From positions 3,404-67,403 of the forward strand of contig JADIMU010000009.1 of NCBI GenBank assembly GCA_017694495.1: 64,000 bases of DNA. The letters are read 5' to 3'. Both the position numbers and the translations under genes were made by a program. Positions 30,930 through 40,576 of the stretch are shown here, piece by piece. Under the pieces are notes generated by a model. It ran no database searches. It saw only the letters and a program-made list of their open reading frames with translations, and was not told where the DNA came from. The stretch is from Candidatus Aphodenecus pullistercoris. GTDB lineage: Bacteria; Spirochaetota; Spirochaetia; Sphaerochaetales; Sphaerochaetaceae. Each line of letters begins with the position of its first letter. Position 1 is the stretch's first letter.

Positions 30930-32288
30930 ATGAATCAGCTGACCGAGAAGATCTACCAGCACGTATGCCAGCTGGATCCGGACCAGAAGGAGTTCCAGCA
31001 GGCCGTCTACACCTTCCTCCTGTCGATGGACAGGATCGTCGACGAGCTTCCGGAGATCACCTACCACAAAGTCATCGAGCGCATGGTGGAGCCTGAGAGG
31101 GCCATCATCTTCCGCGTACCCTGGATCGACGACGAGGGCCGCCTCCAGATCAACCGCGGCTTCCGCATCCAGCAGTCCTCTGCCCTCGGCCCCTACAAGG
31201 GCGGCCTGAGGTTCCACCCCTCCGTCAACCTCTCGATCATGAAGTTCCTCGCCTTCGAGCAGGTCTTCAAGAACAGCCTCACCGGCCTGCCCATGGGCGG
31301 CGGCAAGGGAGGCAGCGACTTCAATCCCAAGGGAAAGAGCGACGCTGAGGTCATGCGCTTCTGCCAGAGCTTCATGAGCGAGCTGTACAGGCACATCGGA
31401 CCCGACACGGACGTGCCCGCCGGAGACATCGGCGTCGGTGGACGCGAGATCGGCTTCCTCTTCGGCCAGTACAAGAGGATCACGGACAGCTTCACCGGCG
31501 TCCTCACAGGCAAGGGCCAGAGCTTCGGCGGCTCCCTGATCCGCCCCGAGGCGACAGGCTACGGCCTCGTCTACATCTGCAACGAGATCCTCCAGGGCGA
31601 AGGCAAGAAGCTCGAGGGCAAGACCTGCCTCGTCTCAGGCAGCGGCAACGTCGCCCAGTTCACAGTCGAGAAGCTCAACGCATTCGGAGCCAAGGTCGTC
31701 ACCCTCTCCGACTCCAGCGGCATGATCTACGACGAGGCGGGCATCACGCCTGAGAAGCTGGCCTACGTCAAGCAGCTGAAGAACGTCAAGCGTGGACGCA
31801 TCAGCGAGTACGCCGAGAAGTACAAGGGCGTGACCTACATCCCGCGCACGGGCAACGGCGCCAACCCGCTTTGGGACATCAAGGCCGACTACGCCTTCCC
31901 CTGCGCGACCCAGAACGAGATCAACGCCGAGGATGCGGCCAACCTCGTGAAGAACGGCATCCAGCTCGTCGGAGAGGGCGCCAACATGCCCTGCGCCGCC
32001 GAAGCCGAGAGGCTCTTCCTCGAGAAGGGCGTCCTCCTGGCTCCCGCAAAGGCGGCCAACGCCGGCGGCGTCGCCGTCAGCGGCCTCGAGATGAGCCAGA
32101 ACTCCATGAGGCTCAAGTGGACCAGCGAAGAGGTCGACAAGAGGCTCCAGGGCATCATGAGGGACATCTACGAGAACATCAGTGCGGCTGCCGACAAGTA
32201 CAGCGAGCACAACAACTTCGTGGACGGTGCCAACATCGCGGGCTTCCTCAAGGTCGCCGACGCCATGATTGCACAAGGCTACGTATGA
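30930..32288 (+). CDS. gdhA: NADP-specific glutamate dehydrogenase
   Basis: GPYKGGLRFHP, GGGKGG, DVPAGDIGVG, RPEATGYG, GSGNVA. Confidence 0.96.
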   Translation: MNQLTEKIYQHVCQLDPDQKEFQQAVYTFLLSMDRIVDELPEITYHKVIERMVEPERAIIFRVPWIDDEGRLQINRGFRIQQSSALGPYKGGLRFHPSVNLSIMKFLAFEQVFKNSLTGLPMGGGKGGSDFNPKGKSDAEVMRFCQSFMSELYRHIGPDTDVPAGDIGVGGREIGFLFGQYKRITDSFTGVLTGKGQSFGGSLIRPEATGYGLVYICNEILQGEGKKLEGKTCLVSGSGNVAQFTVEKLNAFGAKVVTLSDSSGMIYDEAGITPEKLAYVKQLKNVKRGRISEYAEKYKGVTYIPRTGNGANPLWDIKADYAFPCATQNEINAEDAANLVKNGIQLVGEGANMPCAAEAERLFLEKGVLLAPAKAANAGGVAVSGLEMSQNSMRLKWTSEEVDKRLQGIMRDIYENISAAADKYSEHNNFVDGANIAGFLKVADAMIAQGYV

Positions 32289-32309
32289 TGATAAAGTCGC
32301 ACTAGACGT

Positions 32310-32343
32310 GAAGGGGGTCCTCCGTGAGGCCCCCTTCTCTTTG
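32310..32343 (+). terminator. Terminator after gdhA
   Basis: GAAGGGGG..CCCCCTTC hairpin with T-rich tail. Confidence 0.65.
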
Positions 32344-32362
32344 TGGACAGGGTGGAGAATTT

Positions 32363-33883
32363 ATGACTGACAGAATCGGATTCGACAACGAAAAGTATCT
32401 CAGGGAACAGGCCCGCTACATCCTCGAGCGCGTCGAGCAGAGCCAGGGCAAACTCTATGTCGAGTGCGGCGGCAAGCTGCTGTTCGACTACCATGCCTCA
32501 CGCGTCCTGCCCGGCTTCGAGCCCAGCGTGAAGATGCGCGTCTTCGAGTCGCTCAAGGACAAGATCGACATGATCATATGCATCTACGCCGGCGACATCG
32601 AGAGGCGGAAGATCCGCTCGGACTTCGGCATCTCCTACGACAGCGATGTGTTCAAGATGATCGACGACTTCGCCTCCTATGGAATCAAGTGCGACAAGGT
32701 CGTCATCACACGCTACGAGAACCAGCCGGCCGCCAACCTCTTCCGCCATCGTCTGGAGAGCAAGGGCATCAAGGTCTTCACCCACACTTCCACCCCGGGC
32801 TACCCGAACAACATCGACGTCGTCGTCTCCGACGAGGGCTATGGAAAGAACCCATACATCCCGACCGAGAGGCCCATCGTCCTCGTGACGGCTCCCGGAC
32901 CGGGCAGCGGCAAGCTCGCCACCTGCCTGACCCAGATGTACCACGAGTACAGGATGGGCAACAAGGCGAGCTACTCGAAGTTCGAGACCTTCCCCGTCTG
33001 GAACCTGCCTCTGGACCACCCTGTGAACATCGCCTACGAGGCCGCCACGGCCGACATCGGCGATGTGAACCTCATCGACCACTTCCATCTGTCCGCCTAC
33101 GGCCAGGTGACGGTCAACTACTCCCGCGACCTGGAGGCCTACCCCCTCCTCAAGCGCATCCTGGAGCGCATCACCGGCACCGAGTGCCCCTACAAGTCCC
33201 CGACGGACATGGGCGTCAACCGGATCGGCTTCGGCATCGTCGACGACGAGGTGTGCCGCGAGGCGGGCCGCCAGGAGATCATAAGGCGCTACCTCTCGAC
33301 CAAGGTCCAGTACGCGCAAGGTCTGGCCAGCGAGGAGGCAGTCACCCGGGAGAAGGCCATCATGGACAAGGCTGGGCTCAGCCCCGAGGACAGGGCCGTC
33401 GTGCCACTGGCCAACGCCGCCCTGGAGAAGGCGATCGAGACGCACAAGGAGGGTAACAAGGGCACCATATGCGCCGCCGCACTGGAGACGGCGAGCGGCA
33501 TCAGGGTGACGGGCCACAACTCTCCGCTAATGCATGCCGGATCGGCCGTAGTCCTCAACGCGCTCAAGGCCCTTGCGGGCATCCCGAAGGACGAGCTGCT
33601 GATCGCGCCCTCGGTCATCGACGCGATCACGAGGATGAAGAGGGACGTGCTGCGCGGACGCGGCGTCTCGCTGAACATCGACGAGATCCTCAGCTGTCTG
33701 GCGATGAGCTCGACGACGAACATCAACGCCGAGAAGGCGATGAAGGAGCTGCCCCATCTGGCCAACGCCGAGGTCCACTTCACCCACATCCCCTCGGCCG
33801 GCGACACGATCGGGCTGCGCAAGCTGGGCATCAACGTCACAAGCGAGCCGAAGTTCCCGACGAAGAACGTCTACAACCCCTGA
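32363..33883 (+). CDS. DUF1846 (UPF0371) protein
   Basis: GFDNEKYL, GGKLLFDYHASRVLPGF, GPGSGKLATCL, YSKFETFPVWN, SPTDMGVN. Confidence 0.9.
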   Translation: MTDRIGFDNEKYLREQARYILERVEQSQGKLYVECGGKLLFDYHASRVLPGFEPSVKMRVFESLKDKIDMIICIYAGDIERRKIRSDFGISYDSDVFKMIDDFASYGIKCDKVVITRYENQPAANLFRHRLESKGIKVFTHTSTPGYPNNIDVVVSDEGYGKNPYIPTERPIVLVTAPGPGSGKLATCLTQMYHEYRMGNKASYSKFETFPVWNLPLDHPVNIAYEAATADIGDVNLIDHFHLSAYGQVTVNYSRDLEAYPLLKRILERITGTECPYKSPTDMGVNRIGFGIVDDEVCREAGRQEIIRRYLSTKVQYAQGLASEEAVTREKAIMDKAGLSPEDRAVVPLANAALEKAIETHKEGNKGTICAAALETASGIRVTGHNSPLMHAGSAVVLNALKALAGIPKDELLIAPSVIDAITRMKRDVLRGRGVSLNIDEILSCLAMSSTTNINAEKAMKELPHLANAEVHFTHIPSAGDTIGLRKLGINVTSEPKFPTKNVYNP

Positions 33884-33904
33884 CAAAATGCCAAAAACTA
33901 TTGA

Positions 33905-33960
33905 AAAGTGTCATTTTTTGACACTTTGCAATATTGCAAAGTGCTTCATTTTGACACTTT
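33905..33960. repeat. Operator-like repeat cluster upstream of an AAA-DUF4143 gene
   Basis: AAAGTGTCA-N5-TGACACTTT inverted repeat; 22-bp palindrome CACTTTGCAATATTGCAAAGTG (33922-33943); TTTTGACACTTT at 33916 and 33949. Confidence 0.85.
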
Positions 33961-33992
33961 TCAAAGGTTTCCTTCTGTCGTATCCGTGAGTC

Positions 33993-34821
33993 ATGAGACT
34001 GGAACGAAAGATTGAGGCCCGCCTGCTCGACTATTATGACAACGATACTGGGAAGATTCTTCTCATTGACGGAGCCAGGCAGACGGGCAAGTCATTCATC
34101 TGGTCTTCCAGAGGCTGTCAGGCTCCATTTCGAAGGATCATCAATCGACACGGTCAGGAAGCTTCACACAGAGATTCTGGCCTTCTATGCGGCCGACTGC
34201 GCGAAATATGACAGCGGACACCGCCTCCAGATCATGCGCATCTACAGAATGCTCCCCTCTTTCATGGAACAGAAGAAGAAGCGCATCGTATACAAGAAGA
34301 TCGATCCAAAGAGCGCCCGTGCCGACCGCTACGCCGACGAATTCGACTACCTTTCCGCCTGTGTTGTCGCACTGCCAGCCGTGGCAGTCTCCAATCCAGT
34401 CTTCCCCTTGCTGGAAAGCGCCACGAAGAATCTGCTGAAGCTCTATCTCAACGACGTCGGGCTCCTGTCATCCCAGTTCTTCGCCGGCAATGTACGGCCA
34501 GTCCTGGAAGATGTGCCATCCGTCAATCTCGGCTCCCTGTATGAGACCTTCGTCGCCATGGAGCTGAGCGCCCACTCACATCACCTCTTCTACTATGACA
34601 ACAGGGAGAAGGGAGAAGTGGACTTCCTCATCAACGACTACGACAATCTGTGCATATTGCCGATCGAGGTCAAAAGCGGTCGAGACTGGCAGATCCACTC
34701 TTCCCTCACGAGGATGGTCACAGAAGGGGCCAGGAAGGGCATCGTCCTGTGCAATTCGAACAAGGCGAGGCACAGGGAGGGCATCACCTACCTGCCCGTA
34801 TACATGGCAGCCTTCCTCTGA
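33993..34821 (+). pseudogene. AAA_14 ATPase-DUF4143 gene with internal deletion and frameshift
   Basis: Walker A GARQTGKSFI abuts GLPEAV in another frame near 34100; Walker B region missing; C-terminal EVDF..PIEVKSG. Confidence 0.8.
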
Positions 34822-34919
34822 AACACTCTGCCGTCCACATCGCATGGCTTCAAGAACCAGGCCTTTGCCCTCGAAATCAAGGCGCTGTATACTTCTGATT
34901 GTTGAAAGGAGAAGAGAAT

Positions 34920-36566
34920 ATGGACAGGCTGCTGCTTCCACTAGGACAGGCGGATTTCAGGACCATAAGGGAGAATGGAAGCTATTATGTCGACAAGACG
35001 GGCCATATAGGCCAGATCATAAGGGACAGTGCTTCGTCCATCCTCTTCACCCGACCCCGCCGCTTCGGCAAGACGACATTCCAGTCGACTCTTCGCGCCT
35101 TCTTCGACATCCGTGAGGACAACAAGGACATCTTCACAGGACTGGCCATCATGGACGACAAGGAGGCCATGGATGAATGGATGAACAAGTGGCCAGTCAT
35201 CCACCTCACATTCAAGGACATCGACGGGCCAAGCTTCTCCAGTGCGATGGGATGGATGAACACACAGATCCGCGACCTCTACAAGTCATACAGCTTTCTT
35301 GATGACGGCAAGCTGGGAGGAGACGGGGCCATGTTCAGGAGGATTCTGGACAAGAACGCGTCGACGGATGACATCTGCCATTCATTGCGTCTTCTTGTAG
35401 AGCTGTTGTATGACCACTATGGAAAGAAGGTCATCATCCTTCTGGACGAGTATGACGTACCACTGGCCAAGGCTGAGGGCAACGGATACTACAGCGAGAT
35501 GCTCTCTGTCATGAGGTCGATGCTGCTGTCAGTGCTCAAGGACTGCCCGTACACGCACAAGGGCATACTCACAGGCTGCCTCAGAGTCTCGAAGGAGAGT
35601 CTGTTCACAGGACTGAACAACCTTGTCGTCTATTCGGTTACAGGAAGCGAATATGCCTCTGCATTCGGTTTTACGGAAGAGGAGGTCATGAAACTTCTGT
35701 GCGACGCCTCTCTTGAGGACAAGGCGGCTGTCGTCAGGCAATGGTATGACGGCTACTCGATTGGAGGAATCGGCATCTACACCCCTAGGGATGTCATCTT
35801 ATTTGTCAACAGTCTGCAGACGGACCGGGACGCAAGGCCTCAGAACTACTGGGGGAATTCCAGCAGCAATGACGTAATAAAGCGCCTCATAGACATGACC
35901 GATGCCGAAGTCGGAGACGACTATTCCACCCTCATCAATGGAGGGGTGATACGCAGGAAGATCAACGAGACGCTGACCTACAGCAACCTCTATTCATCGC
36001 CAGAGAACATCTGGAGCCTGTTTCTCATGACGGGATACCTCACACTCGCCGACAGGTACGATGCGAACGAGGAGAATGCCCTCAGGCTCCCGAACGAGGA
36101 GATAAGAAGACTCTTCACCTCATCCGTTGATGAATGGTTCTCTGAAAAGGTCGCAAAAAGCGGCCGCAAGGAACTTTTTGATGCCTTGTGGTCGGCAGAT
36201 GCGACGGCATTGACTGAAATCATCTCGCAATACCTTTTCGAGACCATCAGCTACTACGACTACAGGGAGGACTACTACCACGCCTTCCTTGCAGGCCTCC
36301 TTTCTGGTGCCGGATACATCGTCAGATCGAACAGGGAGACGGGTACGGGAAGAGCCGACATCATGCTCTTCGACAAGAAGAACCGCAGGGCCGCCATATT
36401 CGAGATCAAGCGTTCCCTTTCCAGACAGGCGATGGACAAGGATGCAAAGATGGCCATCCAGCAGATGGACAGCAGGAAATACGGAAAGGATCTTGAGGGA
36501 TTCAGGACAGTGCTCTTCTATGGGGCGGCATTCTTTGAGAAGGACGTGACGGTAAAAGCCAAGTGA
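34920..36566 (+). CDS. AAA-ATPase-like protein with C-terminal PD-(D/E)XK nuclease domain
   Basis: YYVDKT, RPRRFGKT, ILLDEYDVPL, SNRETGTGRADI..IFEIK. Confidence 0.88.
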   Translation: MDRLLLPLGQADFRTIRENGSYYVDKTGHIGQIIRDSASSILFTRPRRFGKTTFQSTLRAFFDIREDNKDIFTGLAIMDDKEAMDEWMNKWPVIHLTFKDIDGPSFSSAMGWMNTQIRDLYKSYSFLDDGKLGGDGAMFRRILDKNASTDDICHSLRLLVELLYDHYGKKVIILLDEYDVPLAKAEGNGYYSEMLSVMRSMLLSVLKDCPYTHKGILTGCLRVSKESLFTGLNNLVVYSVTGSEYASAFGFTEEEVMKLLCDASLEDKAAVVRQWYDGYSIGGIGIYTPRDVILFVNSLQTDRDARPQNYWGNSSSNDVIKRLIDMTDAEVGDDYSTLINGGVIRRKINETLTYSNLYSSPENIWSLFLMTGYLTLADRYDANEENALRLPNEEIRRLFTSSVDEWFSEKVAKSGRKELFDALWSADATALTEIISQYLFETISYYDYREDYYHAFLAGLLSGAGYIVRSNRETGTGRADIMLFDKKNRRAAIFEIKRSLSRQAMDKDAKMAIQQMDSRKYGKDLEGFRTVLFYGAAFFEKDVTVKAK

Positions 36567-36659
36567 GGGAGATCCGCACAGCCTACATGGATTTCCTTCA
36601 AAAGGCACAGGGGCCAGGCCGGCCGGAGGACCAGCCCTGATGCCCCTATGCCAGCCTGG

Positions 36660-37019
36660 TCAAAGGGCGCTGGGTTCGAGGCTGTAGCTGTAGACGCTGA
36701 GCGTCCCACTCTCCACCGGCTCGATCGAGCACTCACCGACTACTGTGAAGGTATAGCTCAGGGTGCACTGGCCATCGGCCACGGTACCAGTGACGACTTC
36801 CTCTGTTCCGTCGGCAAGCGTAAGGACGGCGCTGAAGGCATTGCCCTCACCGTCGGCGGGACCTGTGAGCGTCAGGACGTCTCCAGATGCGACAGTGAAG
36901 TCGATTCCGTCCTCCGCATAGAGCGTGAGGACCTCACTCGAAAGCGTGTCCGTCGTTCCGTCGGCGAAGGCGAAGGCCGCGACGAGGGCCATGAGTGCGA
37001 TGATGACGATCTTTCTCAT
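36660..37019 (-). CDS. Exported acidic hypothetical protein
   Basis: SD AGGAGG, signal peptide MRKIVIIALMALVAAFAFA. Confidence 0.7.
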   Translation of the reverse strand: MRKIVIIALMALVAAFAFADGTTDTLSSEVLTLYAEDGIDFTVASGDVLTLTGPADGEGNAFSAVLTLADGTEEVVTGTVADGQCTLSYTFTVVGECSIEPVESGTLSVYSYSLEPSAL

Positions 37020-37265
37020 CTCGTGTTTCCTCCTATGTGCCACCAACGATAGGCCCAGGTGGTCATGCGACTTTGTCACCACCATGGAGACTGTCTGAGT
37101 TTTCCCGCACACTTCAGGGAGAGGATGGCGAATGTGGGAAAGCGGGGCACAAGGCTCCACACTTCTCCTCATTGCCCCTCGTGAAGAATGAAGTGGACAA
37201 GCTCAACGCCTTCTGGTAAACCTTGAAACTGGTTCTTCACACAAAGGACAAAAAAGGTTGGAAAC

Positions 37266-38648
37266 ATGGAAAAGAGAGAGAATCTTGCAAGCAGGATAGG
37301 CTTCATCCTGCTCAGCGCGGGCTGTGCCATCGGACTTGGCAACGTCTGGAGGTTCCCGTACATCACGGGCAAGAACGGAGGAGCGAGCTTCGTACTGATC
37401 TACCTGCTCTTCCTCATCATCCTCGGAGTGCCCATCATGATCATGGAGTTCTCCATAGGCCGCGCCTCGAGGCAGAACATCGCGCTCAGCCTCAAGACGC
37501 TTGAGCCGGCAGGGACGAAGTGGCACTTCTACGGACCTGTCGCCATCGCGGGCAACTACCTGCTCATGATGTTCTACACGACGATCGCCGGCTGGCTGCT
37601 CTACTACTTCTACTCCTCGATCATCGGGGACATGAGGGGTCTGGACAGCGCTGCGGTCTCGTCCTTCTTCGGCTCGCTGACGGCCAATCCCGTCCTCCAG
37701 ATCTTCTGGATGGTCATCACAGTGTCAGTGTGCATGTTCATCGTCGCCCAGGGCTTGCAGAAGGGCGTCGAGAAGATCACGAAGATCATGATGATGTGCC
37801 TCTTCTGCATCATCGTCGTCCTCGCGGTAAGGAGCATTGCCCTGCCCGGCAGCGGCGAGGGACTGCGCTTCTACCTCATGCCCGACTTCTCGAAGATGGC
37901 AGAGGTCGGCGTCGGCACTGTCCTCTACGAGGCCCTGGGCCAGAGCTTCTTCACCCTCTCGATAGGCATCGGCGCGATGTCGATCTTCGGCTCCTACATC
38001 TCCCGCGACAGGGCCCTTGGAGGCGAGTCGGTGAGGATCATCTGCCTCGACACCTTCGTGGCCCTCACCAGCGGCCTGATCATCTTCCCCGCATGCTCAT
38101 CCTTCGGCATCGAGGCGGGACAGGGCCCCTCCCTCATCTTCGTGACGCTGCCCAACATCTTCGCCCAGATGACGCTCGGCAGCATCTGGGGAGGCCTCTT
38201 CTTCCTCTTCATGAGCTTCGCCGCCCTGACGACGGTCATCGCGGTCTTCGAGAACATCATCAGCTACTGGATGGACTGCAAAGGCTGGACGAGGAAGAAG
38301 GCGTGCACCTTCAACTTCTTCCTCATCATCCTCCTGTCGCTGCCATGCATCTTCGGCTACAACCTCCTGTCGGGCTTCCAGCCCTTCGGCGAAGGCAGCG
38401 CCATCCTCGACCTTGAGGACTTCCTCGTGAGCAACCTCATCCTCCCCTTCGGAAGCCTCCTCTTCCTCCTCTTCTGCACCAACCGCTACGGCTGGGGCTT
38501 CGAGATGTTCATCAGTGAGGCGAACCAGGGAGAGGGGCTCAAGTTCCCCCGCTGGGCCCGCTGGTATTGCACCTTCGGCATCCCTGTGATCATCATCGTC
38601 ATCATGGGCAAGGGCATCTGGGACAAGTTCGCACCGATGTTCGCCTGA
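37266..38648 (+). CDS. Sodium-dependent transporter, NSS/SNF family
   Basis: AIGLGNVWRFPY..NGGASF, ALGQSFFTLS, GPSLIFVTLP. Confidence 0.93.
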   Translation: MEKRENLASRIGFILLSAGCAIGLGNVWRFPYITGKNGGASFVLIYLLFLIILGVPIMIMEFSIGRASRQNIALSLKTLEPAGTKWHFYGPVAIAGNYLLMMFYTTIAGWLLYYFYSSIIGDMRGLDSAAVSSFFGSLTANPVLQIFWMVITVSVCMFIVAQGLQKGVEKITKIMMMCLFCIIVVLAVRSIALPGSGEGLRFYLMPDFSKMAEVGVGTVLYEALGQSFFTLSIGIGAMSIFGSYISRDRALGGESVRIICLDTFVALTSGLIIFPACSSFGIEAGQGPSLIFVTLPNIFAQMTLGSIWGGLFFLFMSFAALTTVIAVFENIISYWMDCKGWTRKKACTFNFFLIILLSLPCIFGYNLLSGFQPFGEGSAILDLEDFLVSNLILPFGSLLFLLFCTNRYGWGFEMFISEANQGEGLKFPRWARWYCTFGIPVIIIVIMGKGIWDKFAPMFA

Positions 38649-38722
38649 GAAGGTGAAAAAAACACAAAAGGAGGGCCCTCAATCCATTGACGAGGGGACC
38701 CTCCTTTTCCATATTCAGTGGC

Positions 38723-39055
38723 ATGAACATCACAAGTTTCGCCGAGGAAGTCGGCATCGATTATGAGAGCGTCATCGAAGACTATTGCGGGGACACTGCC
38801 GCCCTGCGGGGCGACATCGAGGCCTTCCTCCCCTCATGCCACCTTGACGAGCTGGAGAAGGCCATCGAGGCCAAGGACGAGGACAGCGTGAGGAAGCAGG
38901 CCCACGCGATACGCAAGAAGGCGGAGAAGATTGGTCTGGAGAGCATGGCCCAGATCGCACGCAAGCTCGAAGAGAGCCCCGCAGAGCGCTTCCACGCCTT
39001 CATCTCACCCATCCAGCGTGAGGGACAGCTCTATGCCAAGGCCCTGGCCGACTAG
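38723..39055 (+). CDS. Stand-alone Hpt-domain-like protein
   Basis: AHAIRKKAEKIG resembles the Hpt H-box AHxLKGxAxxxG. Confidence 0.65.
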   Translation: MNITSFAEEVGIDYESVIEDYCGDTAALRGDIEAFLPSCHLDELEKAIEAKDEDSVRKQAHAIRKKAEKIGLESMAQIARKLEESPAERFHAFISPIQREGQLYAKALAD

Positions 39056-39130
39056 GTTCCTGACGCTTTGGCATTTCTTGTAATATTATCAAAAGACTTG
39101 ACTTATCTTCACAAATGGCTTTGAATTGAT

Positions 39131-39203
39131 ATTTGCACGTTGATGTGCAGATTCCTCCATTCGAAGAGAATTCCTCCGGAGACCGCCTCTCCGGAGGTTT
39201 TTT
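39131..39203 (+). ncRNA. Candidate ~70-nt small RNA
   Basis: TTGACT-N17-TTGAAT, 5' hairpin 39131-39152, unpaired TCCTCC, 10-bp stem plus T6 terminator 39173-39203. Confidence 0.45.
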
Positions 39204-39237
39204 CATCCACAGGGCCACACAAAACCCACATTATTCC

Positions 39238-39906
39238 ATGACTATTGTCATGTCGCTCTCGCTGTCCGGCGACTACGACATCCCCACCCTCCAGCAGATC
39301 GCCGAGGACGACATCATACCCCAGCTGTAGAGGATCCCTGGCGTCGCCCAGGCCGAGGCCTTCGGCGGAGGCAGGACCCAGTACCAGGTCCAGGTCAACG
39401 CCGACCGTCTCGAGGCCTATGGCCTCTCCTTCTCCGACGTGACGGGCGCCCTGTCGGCCAGCAACATCCAGAGCTCGGCGGGCGAGGTCACGGACAACGG
39501 CATCGACTACGACATCACACTGGACGAGCGCTACGAGACGCTCAGCCAGATCGAGGATACTGTCATCACGACGATTGACGGCCAGGTCGTGAGGGTCGGC
39601 GACGTCGCCCAGGTCGTCGTCGGCGAGGAGGAAGGCGGACGCCAGTCCTACCTCAACGGCGAGCCGATCATCTCAATCTCCATCACGGCAAGTTCGGACA
39701 GCAACGAGACGACGGTCGCCAGCACTGTGCGCGAGGCGCTGGGCGGCATAATCGACACGCTGCCTGAGGATGTCCATCTGAACATCCAGCGCGACTCGAC
39801 GGAGTCCATCGTCGACACCATGGGCGAGGTCTACAACTCCGCCTGGCGGGGGCCTTGTGAGGCCCCTTTGCCTGGCGGCTTTCTTCTTGCAGGTCTACAA
39901 GACTAG
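39238..39906 (+). pseudogene. Internal fragment of an AcrB/RND permease with an in-frame TAG
   Basis: IIPQL*RIPGVAQAEAFGG..VNADRLEAYGLS..VRVGDVAQV; both ends of the ~1000-aa protein are missing; TAG at 39328-39330. Confidence 0.8.
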
Positions 39907-40556
39907 ATGCCCATGAAGGCGTTCAGGCTCTTGTCGCTGCCGACGAGGATCAGGACGTCGCCCTTCTTGAAGACGAGGTCCGGCGTGATGTCGGCGACGA
40001 TGTGGCCGTCACGGTTGACGGCTATGATGTTGATGCCGTACTTGCGCCTGAGGTTCGACTCGACGACGCTCTTTCCGACGAGCTTGTCAGGCAGGTTCGC
40101 CTGGATGATCGAGTAGCCGCTGCCTACACTGAAGAAGTCGACGAGCAGGCTGTTGCGCAGCGTCCTGGCGATGCGCTGGGCCGTATCGACCTCGGGGAAG
40201 ATGACCTCGGCGCCGATCATGCGCAGGATCTGGGCATGCTCCTCGCTGTTGGCCTTCGCGATGACGCGTGGGATCTTCAGCTCGATGCAATGCAAGGCGG
40301 CCAGAAGGCTGGCCTCGATGTTCTTGCCGATTCCGATGATGACGACCTCGCACTTGTCCAGTCCCGTCTCGATCAGACTGTCTGCGGTGATCTGGTGGAC
40401 GATGTAGACGTTCTCAGTCTGGTCCGAGAGTGCGCTGAGCTTCTCGGCGTCGACATCGACGGCGATCACATCGTCACCGCCCTTGATCAGGGTCTGGGCG
40501 ACCGCCAGGCCGAAGCGGCCCAGCCCGATGATTCCATACTTCACATCCTTTGCCAT
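39903..40556 (-). CDS. K+ uptake regulatory subunit, KtrA/TrkA family
   Basis: IIGLGRFG Rossmann motif, RCK-C domain. Confidence 0.92.
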   Translation of the reverse strand: MAKDVKYGIIGLGRFGLAVAQTLIKGGDDVIAVDVDAEKLSALSDQTENVYIVHQITADSLIETGLDKCEVVIIGIGKNIEASLLAALHCIELKIPRVIAKANSEEHAQILRMIGAEVIFPEVDTAQRIARTLRNSLLVDFFSVGSGYSIIQANLPDKLVGKSVVESNLRRKYGINIIAVNRDGHIVADITPDLVFKKGDVLILVGSDKSLNAFMGI

Positions 40557-40576
40557 ATATCTTCTCCTTTCGTCTT

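Noticed and set aside
33905-33960. Mini CRISPR array
   Set aside because: Two short repeats at a 33-bp period, with no room for spacers.
37030-37260. Riboswitch upstream of the NSS transporter
   Set aside because: Some pairing potential but no convincing lysine, SAM or glycine core; the 3' part reads like a gene remnant (VKNEVDKLNAFW*).
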